Below, one piece after another: positions 28,047 through 36,833 of a DNA stretch of 50,945 nt; the first letter of the stretch is position 1; each line of letters opens with the position of its first letter. The stretch spans positions 1 to 50,945 of the forward strand of contig JAXDQU010000017.1 in assembly GCA_034667685.1 (NCBI GenBank), given 5' to 3'. Source of the DNA: Thermoplasmata archaeon (GTDB taxonomy: Archaea; Thermoplasmatota; SW-10-69-26; JACQPN01; JAJPHT01). A model generated the notes under the pieces. The model was not told the DNA's origin. It worked only from the letters and a program-made list of their open reading frames with translations, and searched no databases. Both the position numbers and the translations under genes were made by a program.

Positions 28047-28682
28047 CTACGCCACGAGCGTGAGGCTCGCGATCCGCGCGTCGATCGCAGAGAGCAGCTC
28101 CGGCAGCAACGCCTCGGCCTGCGCCTGCGTCCACACGTGCTCGTCGGTCTCCTCGGAGGCCGGGTTGAGGAGGTCGCCCAGCTCGCCGTTGTCCTCCTCC
28201 TCGAAGTACGTGAGCGTCAGCGCGGTGGGGCGGATCCAGTGCGGCACCATGCCCGGCAGCTCGTACGTCGTGCCCGCGGGGTGCTGGTGGACGTGCTTGG
28301 TGAGCCGGTACGCCTCGCCGCGGTGGAAGCGGTCGCCGTTCGGATCGCGCTGGGCCTCGTACGTGTTGTGCTCCAGCCCACCCAGCAGGACGGTGCCGCG
28401 GATCCAGCCCGCGTGGTAGTGGATCGTCCCCCAATAGCGGTCGTCGAAGCTGCACCAGTCCGGGTGGAAGACGTGCATCTTGCGCCACGCGCCCCCCTCG
28501 CGCGAGAGGCCCCATTGCAGCATGTCGCCGTACTCGTCCATCGACGCCATGCCCCGTTTCAGCAGCACCGCCTTGGCCTCGGTCAGGAGGGCGACGAGGC
28601 GCGCCGGCGACTCCGGGCGCTGCTGGGGGTGGTGGAAGGCAAGCATCGGTCTCGCCGGATCTCGGAGGAGGCGCCCCGTCAT
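28047..28682 (-). CDS. Hypothetical protein, possible cupin fold
   Basis: His-rich IHYH...PHWI pattern; coding-like codons; start uncertain. Confidence 0.6.
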   Translation of the reverse strand: MTGRLLRDPARPMLAFHHPQQRPESPARLVALLTEAKAVLLKRGMASMDEYGDMLQWGLSREGGAWRKMHVFHPDWCSFDDRYWGTIHYHAGWIRGTVLLGGLEHNTYEAQRDPNGDRFHRGEAYRLTKHVHQHPAGTTYELPGMVPHWIRPTALTLTYFEEEDNGELGDLLNPASEETDEHVWTQAQAEALLPELLSAIDARIASLTLVA

Positions 28683-28691
28683 AGCCCTTGC

Positions 28692-29384
28692 TCAACGGGA
28701 GAGCTCGCGGATCTGGCCCGTCGGGTCGCCCACGACCACGCGCCACGTCATGCCCAGGAAGAGGCCGTTCTCCACGACGCCCGGGACGTTGTTCAGGTCC
28801 TTCTCCAGCGCGCGCGCGTCCGCGATGCCATCGGCGAACCTGACGTCGAGCACGAGGTTGCCGTTGTCCGTGACGACGGGCTTGCCCTCCCTCTGGCGCA
28901 GCGTGGGGTGATATCCTTCCTTGCGGAGGCGCCGCTCGACGACGGCCCAGCCGAAGGGGAGCACCTCGACGGGCAGCGGGCTCTTCGTGCCGAGCTTGGG
29001 CACGACCTTGCTGGGATCCACGACGATGATCTCGCGGGCCGAGAGCGACGCGACGACCTTCTCGCGCAGCAGCGCGCCGCCCAGGCCCTTGATCAGGTCG
29101 AGCTTCGGGTCCACCTCGTCCGCGCCGTCGATCGTCACGTCGATCGCCTCCACCTCGTTGAGGTCCACCAGGGGAATCCCGACCTCGCGGGCGAGCTTCT
29201 CCGTCTTGATCGAGGTGGGCACGCCCTGGATGCGCAGCCCCTCCTTCACGCGCTCGCCCAGGTGGCGCACCGCGAAGTCGGCCGTGCTGCCGGTGCCCAG
29301 CCCCACGACGGTGCCGTCGCGCACGTGCTTGCAGGCGGCTTCCGCCGCCGCTTTCTTGGCCGCGTCCTGGGGAGTGAGCGTCAT
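28692..29384 (-). CDS. rpiA: Ribose-5-phosphate isomerase A
   Basis: GLGTGST, DGADEVD, IKGLGGALLREK, PGVVENGLF. Confidence 0.96.
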   Translation of the reverse strand: MTLTPQDAAKKAAAEAACKHVRDGTVVGLGTGSTADFAVRHLGERVKEGLRIQGVPTSIKTEKLAREVGIPLVDLNEVEAIDVTIDGADEVDPKLDLIKGLGGALLREKVVASLSAREIIVVDPSKVVPKLGTKSPLPVEVLPFGWAVVERRLRKEGYHPTLRQREGKPVVTDNGNLVLDVRFADGIADARALEKDLNNVPGVVENGLFLGMTWRVVVGDPTGQIRELSR

Positions 29385-29423
29385 CGGGCCGCGAGCGGGC
29401 CCTCCCACCATGAGCGTTTGGTG

Positions 29424-29509
29424 CGCTCTCCGCCAGCCACAGAGGCCACAGAGGAACGAGAAAAGCCGTCCTCCGTGACCTCTGTGTCCTCTGTGGCTGG
29501 AGGAGAGCG
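29424..29509. repeat. Intergenic palindrome, family C (CACAGAGG units)
   Basis: CCAGCCACAGAGG...CCTCTGTGTCCTCTGTGGCTGG. Confidence 0.85.
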
Positions 29510-29589
29510 GCAGGTCGAACGAAAAGGGGGACTGGGGGGCCGCAAGCATGATGAACCCCCGTCGGGTTCGCCGCGCCAGAGGATTCACC

Positions 29590-30525
29590 ATGACCAAGAT
29601 CGGCTTCGTGGGCGCTGGCAAGATCGGCGCGAACGCCGTGTACTCCACGCTCCACCGCGTCAAGGGCGTCAGCGAGATCGCCATCGTGGACATCGTCGAG
29701 AACCTCGCCGTGGGCGAGGCGATGGACCTCAACACCGCCGCCGCGGGCCTCGGGCTCTCCACGAAGGTCGTGGGCGGCAGCGACTACGGCCTGCTCAAGG
29801 GCGCCGACGTCGTCGTCGTCTCCGCGGGCCTGGCGCGCAAGCCGGGCATGACGCGCGAGGACCTGCTGGGCAAGAACGCGGGCATCATCAGCGACATCAC
29901 GCGCAAGGTGTTCGCGGCGGCGCCCGACACGCAGATGCAGATCGTCTCGAACCCCGTCGACCCGCTCGTCTACAAGGCGTGGAAGGTCAGCGGCAAGGAC
30001 CGCAGCAAGGTGTACGGCATGGGCGCGCTCCACGACAGCATGCGCCTCTGGGACGTCCTGCGCGACACGTACCACGCGCCCGTCTGGCACGACTCGTGGA
30101 TCCTCGGCAACCACGGCGAGCAGATGTTCCCCGCCTCCAGCCTCGCCAACACCGGCGGCGCCCACGTGGACTGGAACGCCGCGAAGGAAGCCGTGCGCGG
30201 CCGCGCGGCGACGATCATCGAGAAGAAGGGCGCCACCTACTACGCGCCCGGCATCGCCATCTCGCAGATGGTCCTCGCGGCCATCGGCCAGGGCCCCAAG
30301 CAGTGCATCCCGGTCGTGAGCGTGCTGCAGGGCGAGTACGGCCTGCGCGACGTCGCGCTGGGCGTCCCCGCGGTGCTCGGCCAGCGCGGCCTCGAGAAGG
30401 TCGTCGAGATGCCGCTCCAGGGCACCGACAAGGAGTGGCTCGCGCAGGCGGCCAAGGCGATCCAGGACCAGATCCAGCAGATCGAGACGATGGAGAAGGC
30501 GGCCGCTTCCCAGCCCAAGGCGTGA
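29590..30525 (+). CDS. mdh: Malate dehydrogenase (LDH-like)
   Basis: VGAGKIG, SAGLARKPGMTREDL, SNPVD, GNHGE. Confidence 0.92.
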   Translation: MTKIGFVGAGKIGANAVYSTLHRVKGVSEIAIVDIVENLAVGEAMDLNTAAAGLGLSTKVVGGSDYGLLKGADVVVVSAGLARKPGMTREDLLGKNAGIISDITRKVFAAAPDTQMQIVSNPVDPLVYKAWKVSGKDRSKVYGMGALHDSMRLWDVLRDTYHAPVWHDSWILGNHGEQMFPASSLANTGGAHVDWNAAKEAVRGRAATIIEKKGATYYAPGIAISQMVLAAIGQGPKQCIPVVSVLQGEYGLRDVALGVPAVLGQRGLEKVVEMPLQGTDKEWLAQAAKAIQDQIQQIETMEKAAASQPKA

Positions 30526-30540
30526 TCCTCTTTCTTCTCA

Positions 30541-30614
30541 AGCCACAGAGGACACAGAGGATCACAGAGGCGATTTTTCTCCGCCCTCTGTGATCCTCTG
30601 TGTCCTCCGTGGCT
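30541..30614. repeat. Intergenic palindrome, family C
   Basis: AGCCACAGAGGACACAGAGGATCACAGAGG...CCTCTGTGATCCTCTGTGTCCTCCGTGGCT. Confidence 0.88.
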
Positions 30615-30635
30615 GGCGTTGGGCCGCGAGGTCCT

Positions 30636-32075
30636 TCAATCGAGCTTCGCCCGCGCCATCCACAAATGCGCGTTCGTGGAGTGCCCGCCGCGCACCTCGT
30701 CGCCGGGCTCGCCCGTGGAGGGCTGCGGCGCCTTGATCGCGCTCACGGCGAACGCGACGTGGACCCAGCCCTCGCGCCACGCCACGCCCGGATAGTCGAG
30801 CAGCTCGCGGTCCTTCGGGCAGTCGGCGCCGCGCGGGCAGAACGCGCCGACCTTCACGGGGAAGGGGGCGACCGCGACGGGCGTGCCGGGCTGCGTGGCG
30901 TTGGCCTCGACCACGAGGGCGTAGGCGCGCCACTCGGTCTGCGCGGGCGCGGCCTCGGGCGCGACGGCGCTTTCGTTGCCGTAGAATGCGATCACGGCGC
31001 GCCCAGGGCCCGCGGCCGCGATCCAGGGCAGCAGCGCGGTGCCGTGGGCCCAGCCGACCTGGCGCGGCGCGCTCCACGTGGGGGCGCCGTCGCGGCTCGC
31101 GCTGTACCAGAGCGTGCTGCCGCCGCCGGGCGTGCGTTGCATCCACGCGGCGTGGATCGTGCCGTCGCTCCCGACGTCGATCTGGAAGGGCCAGAGCCCG
31201 CCGACCCCGTTGGGAATCGTGGCGACGGCGTGCGCCTGGAAGGATTGGCCGTGGTCCTTGCTCACGGCGACGAGCGCCTTCGCGGTGCCGTTCCACGGGT
31301 CGGCGTTGGGCGACTCGGCCCACGGATAGTAGAGCGTGCCGTTCGCATCGACGCGCGGCCGAGCGATGAAGCTGTTCGCGCCGCCATTCGCGTGCACGGT
31401 GCCCAGCGGGACCCACGTACGGCCGCCGTCCGTCGTCCGCGATAGCAGAAGCCCGTCGTCGGGCTGCGCGACGGGGAGCGGCACCGGCGTGGGCGCGCCG
31501 GCGCGGGCGTACGCGAGATAGGCCTCGCCCGCGTCCCGCCCCGCGACGATGTACTGGCGGTCGTTGTCGGTGGGGCGCGTGACGGTGACGAAGTTCCCCG
31601 CGTCCCACGTGGCGCCCCCGTCGTGGCTCGCCTCGGTGGTGAAGCCGTTGTGCCCCGGCACGACGCCCAGGCCCGCCGGGTCCGGCGCGCTCGTCACCCA
31701 GAAGTCGGTCAGGTAGACCGTGCCGTCGGGCCCGACGTCGACGTCCGTGTCGCACGAGCAGAAGCTCCCGTTCTTGTCCTGCCCCTCGGGCGCGCGGAGC
31801 GCGTGATAGCTTTTTCCCGCGTCGTCGCTGCGCCAGAGCGAGAGCTGCCCCTTGGCGTAGTTGGGCTGCGTCACGACGCTCCCCACCGCGACGACCCACA
31901 CCTTGCCGCCCGCGGCCGTCGCGAGGTTCGGCTCCGCCGCGAGCTGTTCGCCGGGCAGCTTCACGGGCGCCTCGAAGACGAGGCCCGGAGGCGTGGCCTG
32001 CGGCGCGCTCGCGCGGAAGCCCGGCGCCGCGCAGCCGGCGAGCAGGACCAGGAGCAGCAACAGGGCCGCGCGCAC
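30636..32075 (-). CDS. BNR/sialidase-like lipoprotein
   Basis: Lipobox LAGC; SDDAGKSY, SHDGGATW, TTDGGRTW, SKDHGQSF Asp-boxes. Confidence 0.85.
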   Translation of the reverse strand: MRAALLLLLVLLAGCAAPGFRASAPQATPPGLVFEAPVKLPGEQLAAEPNLATAAGGKVWVVAVGSVVTQPNYAKGQLSLWRSDDAGKSYHALRAPEGQDKNGSFCSCDTDVDVGPDGTVYLTDFWVTSAPDPAGLGVVPGHNGFTTEASHDGGATWDAGNFVTVTRPTDNDRQYIVAGRDAGEAYLAYARAGAPTPVPLPVAQPDDGLLLSRTTDGGRTWVPLGTVHANGGANSFIARPRVDANGTLYYPWAESPNADPWNGTAKALVAVSKDHGQSFQAHAVATIPNGVGGLWPFQIDVGSDGTIHAAWMQRTPGGGSTLWYSASRDGAPTWSAPRQVGWAHGTALLPWIAAAGPGRAVIAFYGNESAVAPEAAPAQTEWRAYALVVEANATQPGTPVAVAPFPVKVGAFCPRGADCPKDRELLDYPGVAWREGWVHVAFAVSAIKAPQPSTGEPGDEVRGGHSTNAHLWMARAKLD

Positions 32076-32100
32076 GAGGGCGCAGGCGGGGCGCGCCGGA

Positions 32101-32676
32101 TCAAGGCTGCGGCCAGAAGGCGGCGCCCGCGAGGATGAGGAGCGGCGCGAGGGCGATGAAGGAATAGGCGAGCGCCGCGCCGCCGCGCTGGACGGTGGCG
32201 ACGAGGATGAAGAGCGCGCCGGCCGCCGCGACGCCGCCAAGCGCGAAGGCGCCCGCGCGGACCGCGCCACGGAACCCGTCGACCATGCGCGAGGCCGCGA
32301 CGGCGAGGGCGGCGCTCGACCAGGCCAGCGCGAGACCGACGCCGCCCGGCGCGCCCACCAGCCCCACCGCCAGCAGGAGCGCGGCGCCCGCGAGCGCGAG
32401 GCCGGGCCGCGCCCACGCGACGCCCGCGAAAACGGCGAGCCCGCCCGCCGCGAGGAGCGCGTCGAGGCCGCCCACGATCGCGACGTAGCGCGCCTTGCTC
32501 TCGTCGACGCCGCTCAGGGTGCGGCACGTCGCGGGCACGGTGGCGGAGGCGCCCCATTGCGTGCAGGGGTCGGTGGCGAGGCGCGCGAGCGAGACGAGGC
32601 CGAAGCCGGCGAGCGCGAGGACGGGCGCGGCCACGAGAAGGGCGAGCGCGAGGCGGCGGGGCTCCACGGCGCTCAC
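32101..32676 (-). CDS. Hypothetical multi-TM membrane protein
   Basis: GTGA overlap with the upstream desulfurase stop; ~6 hydrophobic segments. Confidence 0.7.
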   Translation of the reverse strand: MSAVEPRRLALALLVAAPVLALAGFGLVSLARLATDPCTQWGASATVPATCRTLSGVDESKARYVAIVGGLDALLAAGGLAVFAGVAWARPGLALAGAALLLAVGLVGAPGGVGLALAWSSAALAVAASRMVDGFRGAVRAGAFALGGVAAAGALFILVATVQRGGAALAYSFIALAPLLILAGAAFWPQP

Positions 32677-34067
32677 TTCAGGGGCGTCGGGGTCCACGTC
32701 TCGGTGTCGCCCTTCCACGCGTAGCCGGAGTCGGGGGCGCGGGCCGCGAGCGCGCGCACGCCCGCGAGGAGCGCCTCGACGTCCGCGTCGTCGTTGTAGA
32801 CGCCCAGGCTCGCGCGCACGGCGCCGGGGATCCCGGGCGCGGACGTGCTGCCGCCGCGGCGGATCTCCTCGATGAAGGGCCCCGCTTCGAGGCCGAGCAA
32901 TTCCATGAGGTAGGGGTGCGCGCAGAAGCAGCCGTGGCGGACCGCGACGCCGTGCTCCGCGTTGAGCGCGGTGGCGAGCGCGGCGGGGCTCCAGCGCGCC
33001 AGGCCGAAGGAGACGACGCCGACGCGATCCTGGGTGGAGCGCGGGCCCAGCAAGCGCGTGCCGGGGATCTCGGTCAGGCCGCGCAGGAGCTTGGCGAAGA
33101 GGCGCATCTCGCGCTTCTCGGCCTCCTCCAGGCCGATCGCGTCGAGGAAGTCCAGCGCGGCGGCGAGGGCGACGGCGCCCGCGACGTTGGGCGTGCCGCC
33201 CTCGTGCCGGTCGGGGCTGTCGGCCCACATGATCTCGTCGTCGAGGACGAGCTTCACCGTGCCGCCGCCGGGCATCCACGGGGGCGCCTGGTCGAGGAGG
33301 TCGCGCCTCGCGACGAGGAACGCGCTGCCCACCGGCGCGTAGGCCTTGTGCCCCGCGGCGGCGAAGTAGTCGGGCCCGCCTCCGGGCAGGCGGCTGAAGT
33401 CCAATCTCTCGTGGGCGAGGATCTGCGCGCCGTCGAAGAGCACCGGCACGCCCGCGTCCTGCGCGTGCTCCAGCACCTCGCGCATCGGCGTCTTCACGCC
33501 CGTGACGTTGCTCGCGCAGGAGAGCGCGAGGAGACGCGGCTTGGGCTTCGCGCGCAGGCGGGCTTCGAGCGCCTCGAGGTCGATGCGGCCTTCCTCGTTG
33601 ACGCGGATCATCTCGACGCGCTCGTACCAGGGCGACGCCTCGCTGAACTGCACCTCGCCGCGGCTACCGTGGCTCGCGTGCGGCAGCAGGTTGCTGTGGT
33701 GCTCCAGCCGCGTCGAGAGCACGGGGCCGTCGTGCAGGCTGCACGCGACGTGCGAGGCGAGGCTCAGCGCCTGCGTCGTGTTCATGACGAAGACGGCCTC
33801 GCGGTCGGCGGGCGCGCCCACGAACGACTTCACGCGCTCGCGGGCGTGCTCGAAGCGGTCCGTCGCCACCTCGCTCAAGTGGTGCGCGCCGCGGTGCACG
33901 TTGGCGTACTCGCGGGTCAGGAACTCCACGAGCGTCCGCACCACGGGCTCGGGCGCGTGGGTCGAGGCCGCGTGGTCGAAGAAGCGCAGCGCGTGCGCCT
34001 GGCCGTCTCGCCCGGGGACGCGCTCGCGGAGGATCGGGAACTGCTCGCGCACGGCCGCCGCGTCCAT
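32673..34067 (-). CDS. Cysteine desulfurase-like class V aminotransferase (SufS/CsdA family)
   Basis: FFDHAAST, NVHRG, EHHSN, DGAQ, AGHKAYAP, GTPN, RHGCFCAHP. Confidence 0.9.
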   Translation of the reverse strand: MDAAAVREQFPILRERVPGRDGQAHALRFFDHAASTHAPEPVVRTLVEFLTREYANVHRGAHHLSEVATDRFEHARERVKSFVGAPADREAVFVMNTTQALSLASHVACSLHDGPVLSTRLEHHSNLLPHASHGSRGEVQFSEASPWYERVEMIRVNEEGRIDLEALEARLRAKPKPRLLALSCASNVTGVKTPMREVLEHAQDAGVPVLFDGAQILAHERLDFSRLPGGGPDYFAAAGHKAYAPVGSAFLVARRDLLDQAPPWMPGGGTVKLVLDDEIMWADSPDRHEGGTPNVAGAVALAAALDFLDAIGLEEAEKREMRLFAKLLRGLTEIPGTRLLGPRSTQDRVGVVSFGLARWSPAALATALNAEHGVAVRHGCFCAHPYLMELLGLEAGPFIEEIRRGGSTSAPGIPGAVRASLGVYNDDADVEALLAGVRALAARAPDSGYAWKGDTETWTPTPLK

Positions 34068-34178
34068 GACGTTGCCATGAAGCGAAGGCTTAGATGGAAC
34101 TTGCGACGGCGGCGGCCGCGGAGGAGGACCGGAGACCTTCCTTCTTTCCGCCTTCGAAAGTCCCAATCCTTATCGCCG

Positions 34179-34715
34179 ATGGCGTCGCAAAAGGTGCCGA
34201 TGGACGAGCGGGCCCGCTTCGACGCGCTGCTCGGCCTGCTCGAAGAGCTGGTGGAGGCCAACGACGAGCGCCCCATCCTCGTGGAAGGGCAGCGCGACGT
34301 CGCCTCGCTGCGCGCGCTGGGGTGCCGCGGCAGGCTCCTCACGATCCACTCGGGCGATCCGCTCGTCGACGTCGCGGAGCGCGTCGCGGCCAGCACGAAG
34401 GACGTGATCCTCCTCACCGACTGGGACCGCAAGGGCGACCGGTTCTTCGAGGAGTTCACGGCCACGCTCTCGCGCCACGGCGTGCGCTGCGACCGCAGCT
34501 TCCGCGACCGCATCCCCGCCTACGCGCGGGCCGCGTTCAAGGACGTCGAGTCGCTGGCGCCCTTCGTGCGCCGCGGCCTCCAGAAGTGGCACCGGCGCGA
34601 CCTCGACGAGCACGCGCAGTCGCTCGCGGAAGACCTCGATGACGTGGCCGCGAAGCTCGCCGCCGAGTTCCCGCACAAGCCCGTGGAGCGTGTGGGCAAG
34701 CACCGGTGGAAGTGA
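34179..34715 (+). CDS. Small Toprim-domain protein (RNase M5/primase-like)
   Basis: ILVEGQRD..LRALG; ILLTDWDRKG; KDVESL. Confidence 0.85.
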   Translation: MASQKVPMDERARFDALLGLLEELVEANDERPILVEGQRDVASLRALGCRGRLLTIHSGDPLVDVAERVAASTKDVILLTDWDRKGDRFFEEFTATLSRHGVRCDRSFRDRIPAYARAAFKDVESLAPFVRRGLQKWHRRDLDEHAQSLAEDLDDVAAKLAAEFPHKPVERVGKHRWK

Positions 34716-34722
34716 GACCTCG

Positions 34723-34836
34723 GGCGCTTCGCGGCTCCGCATGCGGGGCGCGCGACGAGCGCGGGGTTCGCGGCGTTCTGAACCTTCGCGGCCTCCGCGT
34801 TCTCCGCGCGCGCCGCATGCGGAGCCGCGAAGCGCC
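34723..34836. repeat. Intergenic palindrome with 24-bp perfect arms
   Basis: GGCGCTTCGCGGCTCCGCATGCGG ... CCGCATGCGGAGCCGCGAAGCGCC between convergent genes. Confidence 0.85.
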
Positions 34837-34844
34837 AGGAGCGT

Positions 34845-35579
34845 TCACTCGCGCTGGTACACCAGGAACGTGTGCCCGAGACCGACGACGTCGCCGACCT
34901 TGAGCGGCACGCGGCCGCCGCGCGGGATGCGCGCGAAGTTGAGGAAGGTGCCGTTGGCGCTGAAGACGTCGACGAGCGTGTGGCCCGCGGCGTCGGCCTG
35001 GATCTCGGCGTGGCGGCCGCTGATGAACGGGTCGTGCGCGAGGCGCAGGTTCCGGTCGTCGTCGCGCCCCAGCGTCCAGCGGTTGGCGTTGGCGTCTCCG
35101 GTGAGCTCGTAGCGCGTGCCGGCGGCCGGGCCGTTGATGATCAGCATGTGCGCGTGGGCGCCGCTCTTCACGTCCGCGCCGCGCGCCGCGCCCGGGCCGT
35201 CCATGACGACGGTGCGGTCGGCGCTCTTGATCGCCGGGCCGCCCTCGGGCTCGAGGTTGCCCAGGTTGCCGATCGCGACGCCCACCGCGAAGAGGCGCTG
35301 CGGGACCACGAGGAACTCGATGACGGGGCCGGTGGTGCGGCGGCCGTGCAGCGAGCGGACGAACCCGCGCTCCTGGAGCTTCTCGATGTGCTTGAGCGCG
35401 CTCTGGCGGCTCATGCCCAGCGCGTCGGCGATCTCCTCCGCGTAGCGCGGGCGCGTGAGCAGGTGGAGCAGGCGCAGGCGTTGGAGGTTCGAGAGCGCGT
35501 CCAGGTCTTCCGCGAGGGCGTCGAGGGAATCGGCGGCCGGCGTCGTGGAGGAGGGCGCGCTCATGAAGGGCTCGGGCAT
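34845..35579 (-). CDS. ArsR-type HTH + FHA domain regulator
   Basis: ALSNLQRLRLLHLL..EEIADALGMSRQSALKH; FHA LGR..ISGRHA..SANGT. Confidence 0.88.
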   Translation of the reverse strand: MPEPFMSAPSSTTPAADSLDALAEDLDALSNLQRLRLLHLLTRPRYAEEIADALGMSRQSALKHIEKLQERGFVRSLHGRRTTGPVIEFLVVPQRLFAVGVAIGNLGNLEPEGGPAIKSADRTVVMDGPGAARGADVKSGAHAHMLIINGPAAGTRYELTGDANANRWTLGRDDDRNLRLAHDPFISGRHAEIQADAAGHTLVDVFSANGTFLNFARIPRGGRVPLKVGDVVGLGHTFLVYQRE

Positions 35580-35702
35580 CCGAGGCTCGCCAGGGCTCGT
35601 CAAGCCTTCGCCAACGCGCCCGTGCACCCAGCAGGCTGCGTGCCGCCTCCTTCGGTCTCCGTGCGGAAGGCCTTATGGCGGGCGGTCCCATCGGACGACG
35701 CC

Positions 35703-36539
35703 GTGCCCGTCACCCGCGATCGCGTCACTCGCCTACGTGAGTTTGGTCTGAGCGAGTACGCTGCGCGCGCCTACCTGGCGCTCCTGGACCTCGGAACCAC
35801 CGAGGCGCGCGACGTGTCGGGCCTCTCCAAGGTCCCCGCCTCCAAGATCTACCACATCCTCGACCAGCTCCACGAGAAGGGGCTCGTCGAGATCCTGCCG
35901 GAGTTCCCGCGCAAGTACGCCCCCGTCCCCTTCGCCGAGTTCCTCGACAAGATCCAGCAGGACCACGACGAGACGACGCGCCGCCTGAAGGAGGAGCGCG
36001 ACGACCTCCTGGAGATGTTCGCGGTGGTCGGCGGCGTGTCGGGAAGCGACCGCGGCAGCCTCACCTTCCTGCGCGGCCGGCGCAATGCGTTCGAGCGCTT
36101 CGACGAGGCGCTGCGCGGCGCCAAGGAGGACGTCGTCGTGCTCGCGACGGCGGGCCTCCTCTCGCAGAAGCGCGGCTGGACCACGCCGCTCCTGGAGGCG
36201 GCCCAGCGCGGCGCGACGCTGCGCCTCATGGTGCCCGACGAGACCGCGCCGGGCGTCGTGGAGCTCGCCCCCCACGCGACCGTGCGCCGCCGCGCCTCCA
36301 CGGGCCGCGACGAGAGCGCGTGCATCCTGGTGGTCGACGGGCGCCGCGTGCTCATGATCCACTTCCTGCCCGACGACGGCCACCCCTCGGAGGGCAACGC
36401 CTCTGCGGTCGCCATCGACCAGGACGGCGTCGTGGCGCTCCTGGCCGGCCTCGTCGAGGGCCCCTGGCGCGCCGCCGCCCCAGCCGCCGTCCCGGTGCTC
36501 GCCGAGGACGCGCGGTTCGAAGTGCCGCTGCGGGATTGA
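35703..36539 (+). CDS. TrmB family transcriptional regulator
   Basis: LREFGLSEYAARAYLALL..SKVPASKIYHIL; PLD-like C-terminal IVVDG-type motif. Confidence 0.9.
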   Translation: MPVTRDRVTRLREFGLSEYAARAYLALLDLGTTEARDVSGLSKVPASKIYHILDQLHEKGLVEILPEFPRKYAPVPFAEFLDKIQQDHDETTRRLKEERDDLLEMFAVVGGVSGSDRGSLTFLRGRRNAFERFDEALRGAKEDVVVLATAGLLSQKRGWTTPLLEAAQRGATLRLMVPDETAPGVVELAPHATVRRRASTGRDESACILVVDGRRVLMIHFLPDDGHPSEGNASAVAIDQDGVVALLAGLVEGPWRAAAPAAVPVLAEDARFEVPLRD

Positions 36540-36546
36540 GCAAGGG

Positions 36547-36770
36547 CCCTCAGCCTCAGCCTCAGCCCTTAGCCTCAGCCCTAGCCTCAGCCCTAGCCTC
36601 CGTTCCTTCAGCCACAGAGGACACAGAGGTCACAGAGGCGATTTTTCTCGTTCCTCCGCAACCTCTGTGTCCTCTGTGGCTGGAGGGGGCGAGGCTAGGG
36701 GCCAGGGCTGAGGCTGAGGCTAAGGGCTGAGGCTGAGGCTGAGGGCTGAGGCTGAGGCTGGGGGCTCAGG
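36547..36770. repeat. Nested palindromes: (CCTCAG)n/(CTGAGG)n outer arms enclosing a family C element (36610-36681)
   Basis: Directly visible inverted tandem repeats. Confidence 0.9.
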
Positions 36771-36833
36771 CGGGGGCGCGCCCGTGGCGGGAACGAAACG
36801 CTTGATGAGGAGGAGCGCATACGGGGTCTCGCC

